Origin: Pseudomonadota bacterium
GTDB taxonomy: Bacteria > Bdellovibrionota_G > JALEGL01 > DATDPG01
NCBI GenBank assembly: GCA_043809315.1
Contig: JAZDDX010000017.1
Span: forward strand, 32,001-96,000
Length of the DNA: 64,000 bases
Direction of reading: 5' to 3'
Under the pieces are notes generated by a model. That model saw nothing but the letters and a program-made list of their open reading frames with translations, ran no database searches and was not told the DNA's origin. How positions within the stretch are numbered: position 1 is the first letter of the stretch; each line of letters begins with the position of its first letter. Both the position numbers and the translations under genes were made by a program. Shown here piece after piece: positions 9,650 to 19,724 of this stretch.

Positions 9650-10762
9650 TTATGGTCCGGCGTCCTTCAGTGAGTAACTCGTGCTTCGACCACCGGCGGG
9701 ATCTTTGACCAGAATATTGCGTTCAACCAGGTCGAGAATGTCGCGATGTGCAGTATCCTGAGAACATTTCGTGAGCTTGGCCCATTTGGAGGAAGTCAGT
9801 TTTCCCTCAAAACCATCCAACAACTTATTGAGGGTCCGGCGCTGCCGATCGTTCAGCGGCATCTGGCCATACGTCTTCCAGAACTTGGCCTTGCGGAAAA
9901 CGGTCGCGAGGGCGGTTTCGGTCCCTTCCAAGGCTCGATCGAGGCAGTCCAAGAACCACTCGAGCCAATTCGTGATGTCGAGTGTGCCCTTCTGGGTCTT
10001 CTCAAGAACGTCGTAATAGGCTTTCCGCTCCTGCCGGATTTGCGCGGACATACTGTAAAAACGCTGTGAACTTTGTTCGGACCGTGCAAGCACCCAGTCG
10101 GCAATCGCGCGAGCGATACGACCGTTGCCGTCATCGAACGGATGGACCGTCACAAACCATAGGTGACCGATGGCGGCCTTTAGAACCGGGTCAACCTTCC
10201 CGGGTTGGTTGGCCCACTTGATCAACGCACCCATCTCGGAATTCAGACGATGAGCCTCCGGTGCCTCATAGTGCACTCGTTCGTGGCCGATGGGCCCGGA
10301 GACCACCTGCATGGGGCCCTCTCGATCTCTCCGCCAGGCTCCTACGGTTATTTTATGGATGCCACTACGCCCGGTGGGAAAGAGGCTGGCCTGCCAATCG
10401 AACAGGCGTTCTTTCGTCAAAGGTTTGTCAAAGTGTTGGGTGGCGTCCAGCATCATCTCCACCACGCCTTCGACATTCCGGTCGGCGGGCACCAATCCGG
10501 CAATGTCCATGCCCAGCCTCCGTGCGATCGAAGAGCGCACCTGTGTGGGATCCAGGATTTGCCCCTCGATCTCGCTCGACTTCAAAACATCGAGGGTGAG
10601 AGTTTGCAGTACCGCCTCTTTCTGAAGAGAGAATCCCAGGGCCTCCATTCGCCCGAGCAACCGCCCTTGCCGGTGGCGCACTTGAGAAAGCTTGGCAGCC
10701 AGCACATCTGGATCCCAACGAAACTCCGGCCAATCAGGACGTTCATGAATATAACGAATCAT
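9650..10762 (-). CDS. Fic family protein (N-terminal DUF4172-like, C-terminal wHTH)
   Basis: HPFDDGNGRIAR Fic motif; YIHERPDWPEFRWD N-terminus; C-terminal HTH (SQDTAHRDILDLV..GGRSTSY). Confidence 0.92.
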   Translation of the reverse strand: MIRYIHERPDWPEFRWDPDVLAAKLSQVRHRQGRLLGRMEALGFSLQKEAVLQTLTLDVLKSSEIEGQILDPTQVRSSIARRLGMDIAGLVPADRNVEGVVEMMLDATQHFDKPLTKERLFDWQASLFPTGRSGIHKITVGAWRRDREGPMQVVSGPIGHERVHYEAPEAHRLNSEMGALIKWANQPGKVDPVLKAAIGHLWFVTVHPFDDGNGRIARAIADWVLARSEQSSQRFYSMSAQIRQERKAYYDVLEKTQKGTLDITNWLEWFLDCLDRALEGTETALATVFRKAKFWKTYGQMPLNDRQRRTLNKLLDGFEGKLTSSKWAKLTKCSQDTAHRDILDLVERNILVKDPAGGRSTSYSLKDAGP

Positions 10763-10859
10763 TCTCCGCACCTCATGCGGAGATAGTAATCGCTATTCTC
10801 CGCACGTGCAAGCGTAATATCCGCATGTTGTGCGGATATTGTGACACCGATTCTCCGCA
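10761..10859. promoter_or_regulatory. Operator-like repeat cluster upstream of fic
   Basis: ATTCTCCGCA at 10761, 10795 and 10850; palindromes TCTCCGCA-N5-TGCGGAGA (10763-10783) and AATATCCGCA-N5-TGCGGATATT (10816-10840). Confidence 0.7.
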
Positions 10860-10889
10860 GGTAACGATTTTAGGAGGCTAGAATAAAGT

Positions 10890-10906
10890 TGGCGGAGAGG
10901 GGGGGA
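10890..10906 (-). repeat. att core copy: 3' end of tRNA-Ser (island C/B junction)
   Basis: TGGCGGAGAGGGGGGGA; perfect IHF consensus AATCAATGGCTTG at 10956-10968. Confidence 0.9.
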
Positions 10907-11059
10907 AGCAACGGCCTCGTCCGCAACGCCTCTTTCTAGCAGTGCTTTTCAATCGAATCAATGGCTTGATCCCGTCCGCGTTTCACTCCAAATCACGAGC
11001 CACGACAAAAATGGAGAATCCTCGTTACCGGAATGCAACCGAAATAGGGATGTGGCCTC

Positions 11060-12064
11060 GTGAGGCCCGACATTGCGCGGCCGTTCGAGGGGTTTTCCGA
11101 GCCTCGTTATACGCCCGTTCCCGACGAGTTCTTCGACGACTTGATGGTCGGCCTATCCCTGGCCGAGATCCGGCTTGTTCTCTACATCTCGAGGCGGACG
11201 TTCGGTTTCAAGAAGCGGGCCGACGCCATTTCGTTGAGCCAGATGGAGGGGGGAATCCGGCGGAAGGATGGAACGGTTCTGGATCGGGGGACCGGCCTTT
11301 CGCGTCGGTCGATTCTTCCAGCGCTGAAATCGCTGATCGAAAAGGGGATCGTCGTTCGCGAGGAGCGAAAAAACCCGGAGCACGGCTGGCAGTCTTCGGT
11401 CTACTCTCTGAGGTTCAAGGTCAAAACCGCCGCGCCCCTTGGTGAAAGCTCTTCCTCTAGGGAGGGGGAAAATGCTTCCCATACCCATGAGGAAGCCGTT
11501 TCCCCTCACAACAAGCAGGATTCAACAAACAGTTTGAACAACACCCCCTCCGTCCCCCATGTTCTGACGCGGGAATTTTACGAGGGTCTGGGACGAAAGG
11601 TCTCGCCGCAAAAGATCGAAGCGGGGGAGGGGGAGATTGAATCCCTCCTGCAGGGAGGTTTTTCCGCGGAGGAGATCCGAACGGGGATCGAACACATTGC
11701 CAAGCACTATCCCGACACTCAAACGATCTCCCGTCTCCCGTTCCTGATCGATGAGGCCTTGAGCCGACAGAGCCGAAGGCGTGAAGCGCCGCCTCAGGCG
11801 GAAGCAACCCAAAGGGAGGAGAAAACACGACAGGCCCAGATCGAGATCGATTCCCGGCACTCCGAAGAGGCCCGAACCTGGTTCGAGGGGCAGGTCGTTG
11901 AAGAGCAGGAGCGCCTCCTTGGACTTGCGCCCCAGTTTCTCTCACTTCGATCCACGAAGATCCGCTGGCTCTGGGAGAAGTGGAGGCGTTCGGAACCGGG
12001 GATCTTTTTTCCAACCCCCTTTCCCGCCCGGGAAAGCGGCCTGGAAGAGAGGAAAGGAGCATAA
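11060..12064 (+). CDS. Phage replication-initiator (lambda O-like N-terminal domain)
   Basis: YTPVPDEFFD..LS.AE.RLVLYI.RRTFGFKK..DAISLSQ..GTGLSR..LKSLIEKG resembles the Phage_rep_O/wHTH N-terminus; iteron-like repeats in the linker. Confidence 0.75.
   Translation: MRPDIARPFEGFSEPRYTPVPDEFFDDLMVGLSLAEIRLVLYISRRTFGFKKRADAISLSQMEGGIRRKDGTVLDRGTGLSRRSILPALKSLIEKGIVVREERKNPEHGWQSSVYSLRFKVKTAAPLGESSSSREGENASHTHEEAVSPHNKQDSTNSLNNTPSVPHVLTREFYEGLGRKVSPQKIEAGEGEIESLLQGGFSAEEIRTGIEHIAKHYPDTQTISRLPFLIDEALSRQSRRREAPPQAEATQREEKTRQAQIEIDSRHSEEARTWFEGQVVEEQERLLGLAPQFLSLRSTKIRWLWEKWRRSEPGIFFPTPFPARESGLEERKGA
11443..11503. repeat. Three 24-bp-period palindromic iteron-like units inside rep
   Basis: TGAA-N5-TTCC (11443), GGAA-N5-TTCC (11467), GGAA-N5-TTCC (11491), followed by an A-rich stretch. 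Confidence 0.55.
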
Positions 12065-12067
12065 CCG

Positions 12068-13006
12068 ATGGAAACTCTAAGCCGTTTCATCAGTTCAGAA
12101 AGCCTTCCGCCCTCCGCCTTGCGACGCGACCACACCCCCTCGACGAGTAAAAAAATAGATGAGGGGTTGTGGTCCCGTCGGCGGGCTACGGGCTGGGAAA
12201 GTGAAGAGTTAAGTTGGTTGGATGAGAACATCCTGTGGTGTCTGGTTTCAGTGAGGGTGATGACAAGAGATCAGATCAAGAAGCTTTGGTATCCGAAGGG
12301 GACGATTCGGGCAGTGAATTGGAGGCTAAAGAAACTGAAGGATCGAAAGCTGATTGAAGATTTACCGGCAGGATCGATCGCTCAAGCGGTTTGGACGTTT
12401 ACGGCCAGAGGGCTTGGGGCGCTCCAAGAGGTCTTGGCCTGGAAGAGCTTGGTTCTACCGTTTGAACCTCCCATCCCCCGTCGGATCAGGGAGTCGACGA
12501 TCCGGCACCAACTGGCGGTCGCGGAGGTTTTCGTCGGTGCCATTCAAGGGGAAACGGTGAAGGCTCAGATCGACGCTCTGGCGACGATTCGCTGGCAAGA
12601 CGGGTGGAGGCGGCGGCTGGAATACACCTACGGGGCGGAGGAGAGACGCCTCTATCCGGACGTCTATTTCGGCGTTCGAGGATCGGAACGTTGGTATGCC
12701 TATCTGGAGATCGATCGGGGGACGGAGGATGGGACGGTCTTACGGGAAACGTTCGAGAAGTACGGGCAGTTCTTTTGTATCGGGCATCGCGGGGAACAGC
12801 CTCCGACGTTGATCTTCATTTGTCCGGGGGAGTCGCGCCGAGATTTCGTCCGAAAAATCTTTGAATCGGTCTCTCCGACCTACCGATCCAAGCTCCAGTC
12901 GTTTCGAGCCTTTACAATGGCGGAGAGCGTTGGGTTATTGAAGAGGTATATGGCGGTTGGTTCTTTCTTAGCCGACCTGAAGGCCGAATATCCGTCGGGT
13001 GTCTGA
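12068..13006 (+). CDS. Replication-relaxation (Replic_Relax/MOBC-like) family protein
   Basis: N-terminal wHTH (MTRDQIKKLWY..VNWRLKKL), HQLAVAEVF, PD..YLEIDRGTE nuclease-type motif; true start may be downstream of 12068. Confidence 0.8.
   Translation: METLSRFISSESLPPSALRRDHTPSTSKKIDEGLWSRRRATGWESEELSWLDENILWCLVSVRVMTRDQIKKLWYPKGTIRAVNWRLKKLKDRKLIEDLPAGSIAQAVWTFTARGLGALQEVLAWKSLVLPFEPPIPRRIRESTIRHQLAVAEVFVGAIQGETVKAQIDALATIRWQDGWRRRLEYTYGAEERRLYPDVYFGVRGSERWYAYLEIDRGTEDGTVLRETFEKYGQFFCIGHRGEQPPTLIFICPGESRRDFVRKIFESVSPTYRSKLQSFRAFTMAESVGLLKRYMAVGSFLADLKAEYPSGV
12122..12180. other. 20-bp imperfect inverted repeat, candidate oriT/operator
   Basis: CGACGCGACCACACCCCCTC and GAGGGGTTGTGGTCCCGTCG (18/20 complementary) with a 19-nt A-rich loop. 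Confidence 0.55.
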
Positions 13007-14407
13007 TCACGATCGCGCATCTTGTTCTTTGCTTTCGGTGGATCGTTCAAGGTCTTTCAGAATCACGGCCTTCGTTTGCTCATAAAATGAGGTGGGGCTT
13101 ATAAGGCGCGCACCGGCAGAGGCCGCCAGTGCCGTGACCATCATCGGAAAGATCGCGCTGTGCCGGTCGGTCATCTCCAAAATGAGGACGAAAGAGGTCA
13201 GCGGAGCTCGCGTTACGCCGGTAAGCACCGCGATCATCCCAAGGAGCGAAAGAAGGACCGGATTCAAACCCTGCCAGAAAGACGCCATCCATGAACCTAC
13301 CGAAGCCCCCAGAGCGAGGGACGGAGCAAAGATTCCGCCGGCGCCCCCGGCCAAATACGAGGCCGACATCGAAACGAATCTGGCGGCGCTCATCCCCATC
13401 GTGCCTTGCACCTTCCCCGAGAGAATTTCCGAGATGAGTTGGTTGCCCGGACCCAGAGCATGGCGATTGGTGAGCCCCAAGAACACGACGATCAAGGAGC
13501 ACAGAAGCACAACCCGGACCAGAACGGCGTCGGCGGCCCGCTCACGAATCCACCGCTGAGATTTCACCAACAGTTGCCCGAAGAGCGCCCCGATCAAAGC
13601 GCCGACGAATCCAATTACAATGGCCGCCGGCAAATCGGCGAAGGACACGGTCCCGATCTGCGGATAGCCGAGATAAAGGTAGCTGCCGAGGAGCATCTGG
13701 GCCACCAGGCCGGCGATCAGAACCGCCATGAGGACGACGAACCGGATTCGATTGAAATGGTGCTGTGCCAGCTCTTCGATGGCATAGACGACTCCCCCGA
13801 GAGGGGTGTTGAAGGCGGCCGCAATGCCAGCCGCGGCGCCGCCGAGAATCCAGAGATCCAGCGAAATGAGCTTGGTAAAGCGCTGAAAGAACCGGCCCAC
13901 CAGATAGAAAATCGAGGCGCTGACTTGGAGCGTCGGGCCCTCCCTCCCCACCACGCCGCCCCCCATCACACACAACACCGAACTGGCGATTTTCGCGACG
14001 AGCACACGCCAGCCCAGCAGCCGAGGATACGCGACGGCGCGCGCTTTCGGATCCAGTTCGACCGCCGCCATGACCTGGGGAATCCCGCTCCCCGCCGCAT
14101 ACCGCGCCCATCGATAGACGATGAACCAAGACCCCGCGAACGTCACGGGGGTGACAAGAAGGATTGCGTATGGATAATTATGAAAAAGTTGATTCGAAAA
14201 TTTCTCGGCTAGACGAAAGAGGGTTGTATAGCCGACGGCCGCCAGTCCTGCCAAGAGCGCCGCGCCCATGAGGCCGACCTGATGAAGGGTCCCAGGTTGA
14301 CCCAAGGAAGCTCGAAGGCGTCGAAATGCGGGGCCGAACGAGCCCTGAACAAGTTTCGCAATTTTTTTCAACACGGTTTCTTTAAGAGATGAAGGCAAGT
14401 TCCTCAA
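13007..14407 (-). CDS. ClC family chloride channel / H+:Cl- antiporter
   Basis: GSGIP, GREGP, AAAFNTPLGG..EE, GIFAP motifs. Confidence 0.92.
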   Translation of the reverse strand: MRNLPSSLKETVLKKIAKLVQGSFGPAFRRLRASLGQPGTLHQVGLMGAALLAGLAAVGYTTLFRLAEKFSNQLFHNYPYAILLVTPVTFAGSWFIVYRWARYAAGSGIPQVMAAVELDPKARAVAYPRLLGWRVLVAKIASSVLCVMGGGVVGREGPTLQVSASIFYLVGRFFQRFTKLISLDLWILGGAAAGIAAAFNTPLGGVVYAIEELAQHHFNRIRFVVLMAVLIAGLVAQMLLGSYLYLGYPQIGTVSFADLPAAIVIGFVGALIGALFGQLLVKSQRWIRERAADAVLVRVVLLCSLIVVFLGLTNRHALGPGNQLISEILSGKVQGTMGMSAARFVSMSASYLAGGAGGIFAPSLALGASVGSWMASFWQGLNPVLLSLLGMIAVLTGVTRAPLTSFVLILEMTDRHSAIFPMMVTALAASAGARLISPTSFYEQTKAVILKDLERSTESKEQDARS

Positions 14408-16577
14408 GCAACTCCGTCACCTCCTGCGGGTTTTCGAGGTAGTAACGGGCACAGGAGTCCACCGGGTTCCCGACTCGACACCCCCAGGCTTCGGGCGGAA
14501 GAACCGCAAACATGTCCTCGTCGGTTCGGTCGTCGCCGACGCATAGAATGAATTCCGGCGCCTGAGCCTGACGGCCAAGGATATCAGACACCAACGACCC
14601 CTTGTCGATCCCCTGGGGACGAACTTCAATAACCTTGTGCCCCTGGACCACCCGAACGGGAAGGTTGGAAAGGGCACCGTCCAGATACAGTGACAACTCC
14701 AGGGCTTGCCAATCGCCGAACTGCTCGTCCGCCTCCCGGTAATGCCAAGCCAGTCCCAGCTGTTTCCGCTCGATCGACGACCCCGGCACACGGCGGGTGT
14801 AGTCCTCGAGGATCTTTTCAACCGTCGGTATCCAGTCGGCCTTTACCTCACGGTGCTTGCGCCATTCGGCGGAGCCGCTCAATTTCAAAAAGAGGCCATG
14901 CTCGGCGGCCAAGTTCGCGTGGAAGGAAGAAAACCAGAGGTCCATCTCCTCGGTCTTCCTCCCGCTGATTAGATAGAGATGGTTCTTGGGTTCGGACGCC
15001 AGCGTCGAAAGGATGTTGAGCAGGTGTTCCGGCGGACGTGCCTCGGATGGGCGTCTCAAGAAAGGGACCAGGGTTCCGTCGTAATCCAGAAATAAGAAGC
15101 GCTGAGGAGCTCGCTGCCACTGACGGCGCAGCCGTATGAAATCGGTCATCAGGTCAATGGCGGCCCCCTCCGGTCTCCCCTTTTCGGATGTCAGGTCACG
15201 CAAGAACCGTCGTGCCCAGCCCAGGGAGTGAAAGTTTCGAACGTACGTGAAGTTGTGAACCGCGCGGCTGGCCCGTTCGTTGGTCTCCATGGTGAGCGCC
15301 CTTGAGATCGCGTTGGCGGTCTGAACCGCATCCCAGGGGTTCACGAACAACGAGCCCCCCATTGAACTTGCTGCGCCGGCGAACTCGCTCAAGACCAGGA
15401 CACCATGCCGGTCTTTCTGACAGGCCGCGTACTCCAAGGCGACCAGGTTCATCCCGTCTCTTACGGACGTCACAAGCAGTACGTCTGCCCTCTCATAAAG
15501 CGCGCAGAGCTCGGGGAACCCGATCTCGTGCGCGACGTACTGAATCGGCGAATGCTGGGCGTCGCCGAAACGTCCGTTGATCCGTCCCACCAGTTGGTCA
15601 ACCTCGCCCTTGAGCTGTTGATACTCTTTCACGGCGAGACGGGAGGGAATTCCGACCTGAATGAGAACGACTTTTCCCCGCCATTCCGGGTGGGTTTCGA
15701 GAAACACTTCGAACGCCCGCAGTTTCAGAGGCAATCCCTTGCTGTAGTCGATCCGGTCGACCCCCAGCACGATCTTTATGTCGGTGTACTTCTGTGCCAA
15801 CGCCTGACGGTTCGGCTCGATGTCACCGCCTTGAAGCATCTGATGAAATGGAGCGGCGTTGATACCGATCGGATAGCTCCCATATCGAATCTGCCTCCCC
15901 TCGTAACGAATCTGGGTGGGCTGTGATTCGGCTCCTAGGATTCGAAGACAACTGTTTGCAAAATAACGAGCATAATCGTGGGTGTGAAAGCCGATGAGGT
16001 CGCTCCCCATCAGGCCGAGCAAAATCTCCCGCCGGACCGGAAGCAAGCGATAAATCTCCGACGCGGGGAACGGGATGTGAAGGAAGAAGCCGATCTTCAA
16101 TCCGGGGTGTTTGGCCCGTAACAGCGCGGGGAGCAGCATGAGGTGGTAGTCGTGAATCCAAACCGTCGATTGTTCACCGCAGGAATCCAGAACCACCTTG
16201 GCGAAGGTCTCGTTCACCCGTTGGTACTCGTCCCAATACGGAAGGCCGAAATCGACTCTGCCGGGGAGGTAGTGAAAGAGCGGCCAAAGAACGGAGTTGC
16301 AGAATCCATCATAGAAGTGGTCGACCTGGTTCGCCTCGAGAAACACGGGAAGGTATCCAAGCCCCGTTTCCAAGAGAGAGCAGACCTCCCCTTCCTCTAC
16401 CTTGGGAACGATCGTCCCCGGCCAACCGATCCAACGAAACTCCAACTCGCTCTTGACTCCGGCCAGAGCGGAAACCAGTCCCCCGGAACTCGGCTGAGCC
16501 TTCCAGGAGCCTCCCTCGTGGTGGATCTGCACGGGAAGCCGGTTGGAAACGACGATCAGAGAACCGGTCGATTTCAT
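14382..16577 (-). CDS. Bifunctional trehalose-6-phosphate synthase/phosphatase (OtsA-OtsB fusion)
   Basis: VVSNRLP, GGLVSAL, WIHDYHL, FFLHIPFP, DGMNLVALEY; C-terminal HAD domain FLDYDGTL..GDDRTDEDMF. Start placed at ATG 16577. Confidence 0.95.
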   Translation of the reverse strand: MKSTGSLIVVSNRLPVQIHHEGGSWKAQPSSGGLVSALAGVKSELEFRWIGWPGTIVPKVEEGEVCSLLETGLGYLPVFLEANQVDHFYDGFCNSVLWPLFHYLPGRVDFGLPYWDEYQRVNETFAKVVLDSCGEQSTVWIHDYHLMLLPALLRAKHPGLKIGFFLHIPFPASEIYRLLPVRREILLGLMGSDLIGFHTHDYARYFANSCLRILGAESQPTQIRYEGRQIRYGSYPIGINAAPFHQMLQGGDIEPNRQALAQKYTDIKIVLGVDRIDYSKGLPLKLRAFEVFLETHPEWRGKVVLIQVGIPSRLAVKEYQQLKGEVDQLVGRINGRFGDAQHSPIQYVAHEIGFPELCALYERADVLLVTSVRDGMNLVALEYAACQKDRHGVLVLSEFAGAASSMGGSLFVNPWDAVQTANAISRALTMETNERASRAVHNFTYVRNFHSLGWARRFLRDLTSEKGRPEGAAIDLMTDFIRLRRQWQRAPQRFLFLDYDGTLVPFLRRPSEARPPEHLLNILSTLASEPKNHLYLISGRKTEEMDLWFSSFHANLAAEHGLFLKLSGSAEWRKHREVKADWIPTVEKILEDYTRRVPGSSIERKQLGLAWHYREADEQFGDWQALELSLYLDGALSNLPVRVVQGHKVIEVRPQGIDKGSLVSDILGRQAQAPEFILCVGDDRTDEDMFAVLPPEAWGCRVGNPVDSCARYYLENPQEVTELLEELAFIS

Positions 16578-16590
16578 AGGTTTGGACCTT

Positions 16591-18405
16591 CTACGTCCAG
16601 GCGCGGAACTTCGCATCCCGCGCCTCCAAGAGTTCACCGATCGTGATCGCCGCGTGAATCAAACCGACGTGGGTGTAGGCCTGGGGGAAGTTTCCGAGGA
16701 GCGTGCCGGTGCCCGGATCGACATCCTCCGAGAAAAGGCCCAGCGGGTTCGCGTAACCGGTAATCCGATGGAACACCTCGACCGCCTTGTCCAGCTCCCC
16801 CATCATCGCGAGGGCCTCCGCCCACCAGAACGAGCAGATGAGGAAGGCGGACTTGGTCTCTCCGAAATCATCCGGATGCACGTACCGAAGCATGACGCCA
16901 TTTCGGACCAACATCTTTTCGTACTCCCGTACGGTCGAAACAAAGCGCGGATCTTTTGCGTCGATGATTCCGAGGGTGGGTAACAGCAGGAGTGAGGCAT
17001 CCGCAAAATGCCCCTCAAAAGCCTGCGTGAAAAATCCTTTCTCCGCCTGATAGCCACGGCGAAGAATCTCCTCTGCGGTCGTATGGGCCCACGATTCCCA
17101 ACGGTCAGCTTGTTCGACCATCCCCATCCGTCGGGCGAGTTCGGCGCCACGATGCGCTGCCACCCAACAAAGCACTTTCGAGAACGTGTAATGGCGGAGA
17201 CGCGTTCGGAACTCCCAGGGGCCGGTGTCCTCGAGGGGGTACACGTTCATGGCTTGTTCCACGAGGCGTTCCACCAAACGCCGGGACGCCTCGCCGTCTT
17301 CGGAGACCAGGCGCGGGTCCGTCAAGAGCGTCTCTAGACAGAGAATCATCTCCCCCATCAGATCGTTTTGGGCCTGTTGGTACGCCGCGTTTCCGATCCG
17401 GACCGGCTTTGTCCGTCCAAACCCGCTCAGATGATCGAGGTGTTCTTCGGGAAGGTCCCGTTCGCCACCGATACCGTAGACCGCCTGAAGCGGACCGTTC
17501 TCCGCCACGTTCCGTAGAAACCGGACGAAAGCCTCCCCTTCCGCCAGATGACTCAGGCGACGGAGAGCCTCCACCACGAAGGCCGCATCCCGAAGCCAGC
17601 AATAGCGGTAATCCCAGGTTCTCTCGGTGTTCAGGGCTTCGGGAATGCTCGTTGTCGCTGCAGCGATGATCGCCCCGGTATCTCGGTAAGCGTGCAGTTT
17701 GAGGCAGAGCGCCGAACGAAGAACATGTTCGGCGGCAAAAGAGGGGAGGGCGCATGTCTTAGTCCATGTTCGCCACCCGGCGATCGTAAGATTCAAGGCA
17801 TGCTGGGCGCTGGCGATCGAGTCCAGATCGGACTGCCTGCCGTAGCTCAAGACGAAAAACCACGGCTGTTCGACCCTCAGGGGTTGCCGATTGAGGACGT
17901 GTGCCAGAGGGATGTTCGTCCGGAGGTAGATCGGAGCGGATCCTCCGTGCACTTCGATCATGTCCCCCGCCGGAATGAGACCTACCTCGCTCCGACCGTA
18001 ATTCGGTTTCGGGTCGAACTCTACCTGGAGACGCACGGCCCCCTTGATCGGTCGGACCAGCCGACAGATCTCCGCGGGGGTGTCGGACGTCAGGCCTTTC
18101 GGAATCCGCGGGGCGAAATCGAAGATCTCGCACTCGCCGTCATCCGTCGTGAGACGAGTCCGAAGAACGTTGGTGTTTCGAACATACTCCATGGAACAGG
18201 TTGCATCCCGACCGACCGGCGCCAGAGCCCAGGACCCACCTTTGAGAGGGTCGAGAATCGAGGCGAACACCGAAGGGGAGTCGAAACGGGGCATACAAAG
18301 CCACTCGATCCGCGTGTCGGGCGCCACGAGCGCGAGGCATTGCCCGTTCCCGATCGCCCCGTGATCGAGACGTGGAGCCAAGGCGATTTCCGTCTTGTCC
18401 GGCAT
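16591..18405 (-). CDS. Glycoside hydrolase family 15 (trehalase/glucoamylase-like)
   Basis: IGNG..ALV, PRFDSPSVF, AAATTSIPE, WDYRYCWLRD, LFSED..GNFPQAYTH. Confidence 0.93.
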   Translation of the reverse strand: MPDKTEIALAPRLDHGAIGNGQCLALVAPDTRIEWLCMPRFDSPSVFASILDPLKGGSWALAPVGRDATCSMEYVRNTNVLRTRLTTDDGECEIFDFAPRIPKGLTSDTPAEICRLVRPIKGAVRLQVEFDPKPNYGRSEVGLIPAGDMIEVHGGSAPIYLRTNIPLAHVLNRQPLRVEQPWFFVLSYGRQSDLDSIASAQHALNLTIAGWRTWTKTCALPSFAAEHVLRSALCLKLHAYRDTGAIIAAATTSIPEALNTERTWDYRYCWLRDAAFVVEALRRLSHLAEGEAFVRFLRNVAENGPLQAVYGIGGERDLPEEHLDHLSGFGRTKPVRIGNAAYQQAQNDLMGEMILCLETLLTDPRLVSEDGEASRRLVERLVEQAMNVYPLEDTGPWEFRTRLRHYTFSKVLCWVAAHRGAELARRMGMVEQADRWESWAHTTAEEILRRGYQAEKGFFTQAFEGHFADASLLLLPTLGIIDAKDPRFVSTVREYEKMLVRNGVMLRYVHPDDFGETKSAFLICSFWWAEALAMMGELDKAVEVFHRITGYANPLGLFSEDVDPGTGTLLGNFPQAYTHVGLIHAAITIGELLEARDAKFRAWT

Positions 18406-18475
18406 GGAATTTAATTCGGGCGTACCGTATCATAAGATTGACAGTTTGGGTAAAACGAATTATCTGGAAAGCGCC

Positions 18476-19405
18476 ATGCGGAACGAAGCCAACTGGAACC
18501 GGCTTTATTATTTCTGTGAAATTGCTCGCGAAAAATCGCTCAAAATTGCGGCGGAGAATCTCGGCATCACCCCATCGACCCTTAGCGAGCACCTTTCGCA
18601 GCTGGAGGAAAGCCTTCAGGTGGCGCTGTTTCTTCGCCGTCATCGAAAACTCATTCTGACACCGCAGGGCGCCAACCTATACCAACACATCCGCCCGCTG
18701 TTTGAGGCGGGACAACGCCTCATGGATGTGGTTTCCCCGCTCCCGTTGGGCTGCTATCCGATCGCGGTAGGGATTGTTCCCGGAACAACGCGCGTCGTCG
18801 GATCCCCCCTTCTTCTCCAGTACGTGAAACGATTCGGTCCCTTTAACCTGAACTTTTCCCAGACCACGCAGGACGGGCTTGAGCGCGGTCTTCTCGAAAC
18901 CGAATTCGATTTCGGAATTTGTCATCGTGCGCCGGAGCGACGGGACGTCACGGCGTGCCGGATCAGTTCCTCCCCCGTCCGTCTTTTCGTCACGAAAAAG
19001 ATGGCCGGTCGGTCGGCCCGGGAGCTCTTCAAGACCCTTCCCATTCTCTCCTGGAAAGAGGATTCGGGCAGCGGCGGGAGCCTCGACAAGTTTTTGGGAG
19101 AGGCCGATCTCCATTCGGTCGCGCGCGTAACCGGTGAAGACATGATCACGCTTCATCAGTTCTGTGAGGCGGGCCTCGGCATCGGTGTTTTCAGTGAGGC
19201 TTTCGTCAAAGGGCTCGGCTCACGCCTGGTTCCACTGCGAATCAAAGGGGAGAGCACGATCCGGATGGAAGAAGCATATGTCGCTTGGTTCAAGGAGGCG
19301 GAGAAGACGGCGGCAATTCAACACCTTCGCCAGTTACTCAAAAACCTGGGGATGCTGCGGAGGCCGTTTTCGCATGGAGTCGAGATTGAAGAGGCTGTGG
19401 CATGA
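18476..19405 (+). CDS. LysR family transcriptional regulator (divergent from the trehalose genes)
   Basis: N-terminal HTH LYYFCEIAREKSLKIAAENLGITPSTLSEHLSQLEESL..LF.R..RKLILT; TTGACA at 18438 upstream. Start placed at ATG 18476. Confidence 0.9.
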   Translation: MRNEANWNRLYYFCEIAREKSLKIAAENLGITPSTLSEHLSQLEESLQVALFLRRHRKLILTPQGANLYQHIRPLFEAGQRLMDVVSPLPLGCYPIAVGIVPGTTRVVGSPLLLQYVKRFGPFNLNFSQTTQDGLERGLLETEFDFGICHRAPERRDVTACRISSSPVRLFVTKKMAGRSARELFKTLPILSWKEDSGSGGSLDKFLGEADLHSVARVTGEDMITLHQFCEAGLGIGVFSEAFVKGLGSRLVPLRIKGESTIRMEEAYVAWFKEAEKTAAIQHLRQLLKNLGMLRRPFSHGVEIEEAVA

Positions 19406-19427
19406 CATCCGACGAGAAAGGTGAGCG

Positions 19428-19724
19428 ATGACCTTATTTACAGTGCTGGCTCGAATTACTTGGGTCTTTTTGGGGCCGGGCATGATGCTGATCGTGCTCG
19501 TCAAGAATCTGAGCCACTCCAAATCGGGTGTCGACTCGATCTGGACTTTCATTTATTTCGGGCTCTTGGCCGCTGTGATCCTGGGTCGGCTGATCGAACA
19601 GCGATCTGGAGCGGCCACGACTGCCAAAGGGGAACCATCCACATGGCGCCACTACTGGCGCTTTGCGATCATCTTTACGATTGTTTCCGTCGCATGCTGG
19701 GGAGGTGTCCAACTCGTCCCCTGA
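19428..19724 (+). CDS. Small membrane protein (about 3 TM), hypothetical
   Basis: Three hydrophobic stretches; co-oriented between LysR and the antiporter; AGAAAGG upstream. Confidence 0.6.
   Translation: MTLFTVLARITWVFLGPGMMLIVLVKNLSHSKSGVDSIWTFIYFGLLAAVILGRLIEQRSGAATTAKGEPSTWRHYWRFAIIFTIVSVACWGGVQLVP

Larger units (their letters stand above)
986..10905. mobile_element. Genomic island C (pho/pst module + Fic), no integrase
   Basis: Bounded by tRNA-Ser 3'-end direct repeats at 986 and 10890. IHF-like CATCAACGGGCTA at 1052; tandem CTGTTACCC at 1119 and 1130. Confidence 0.75.
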
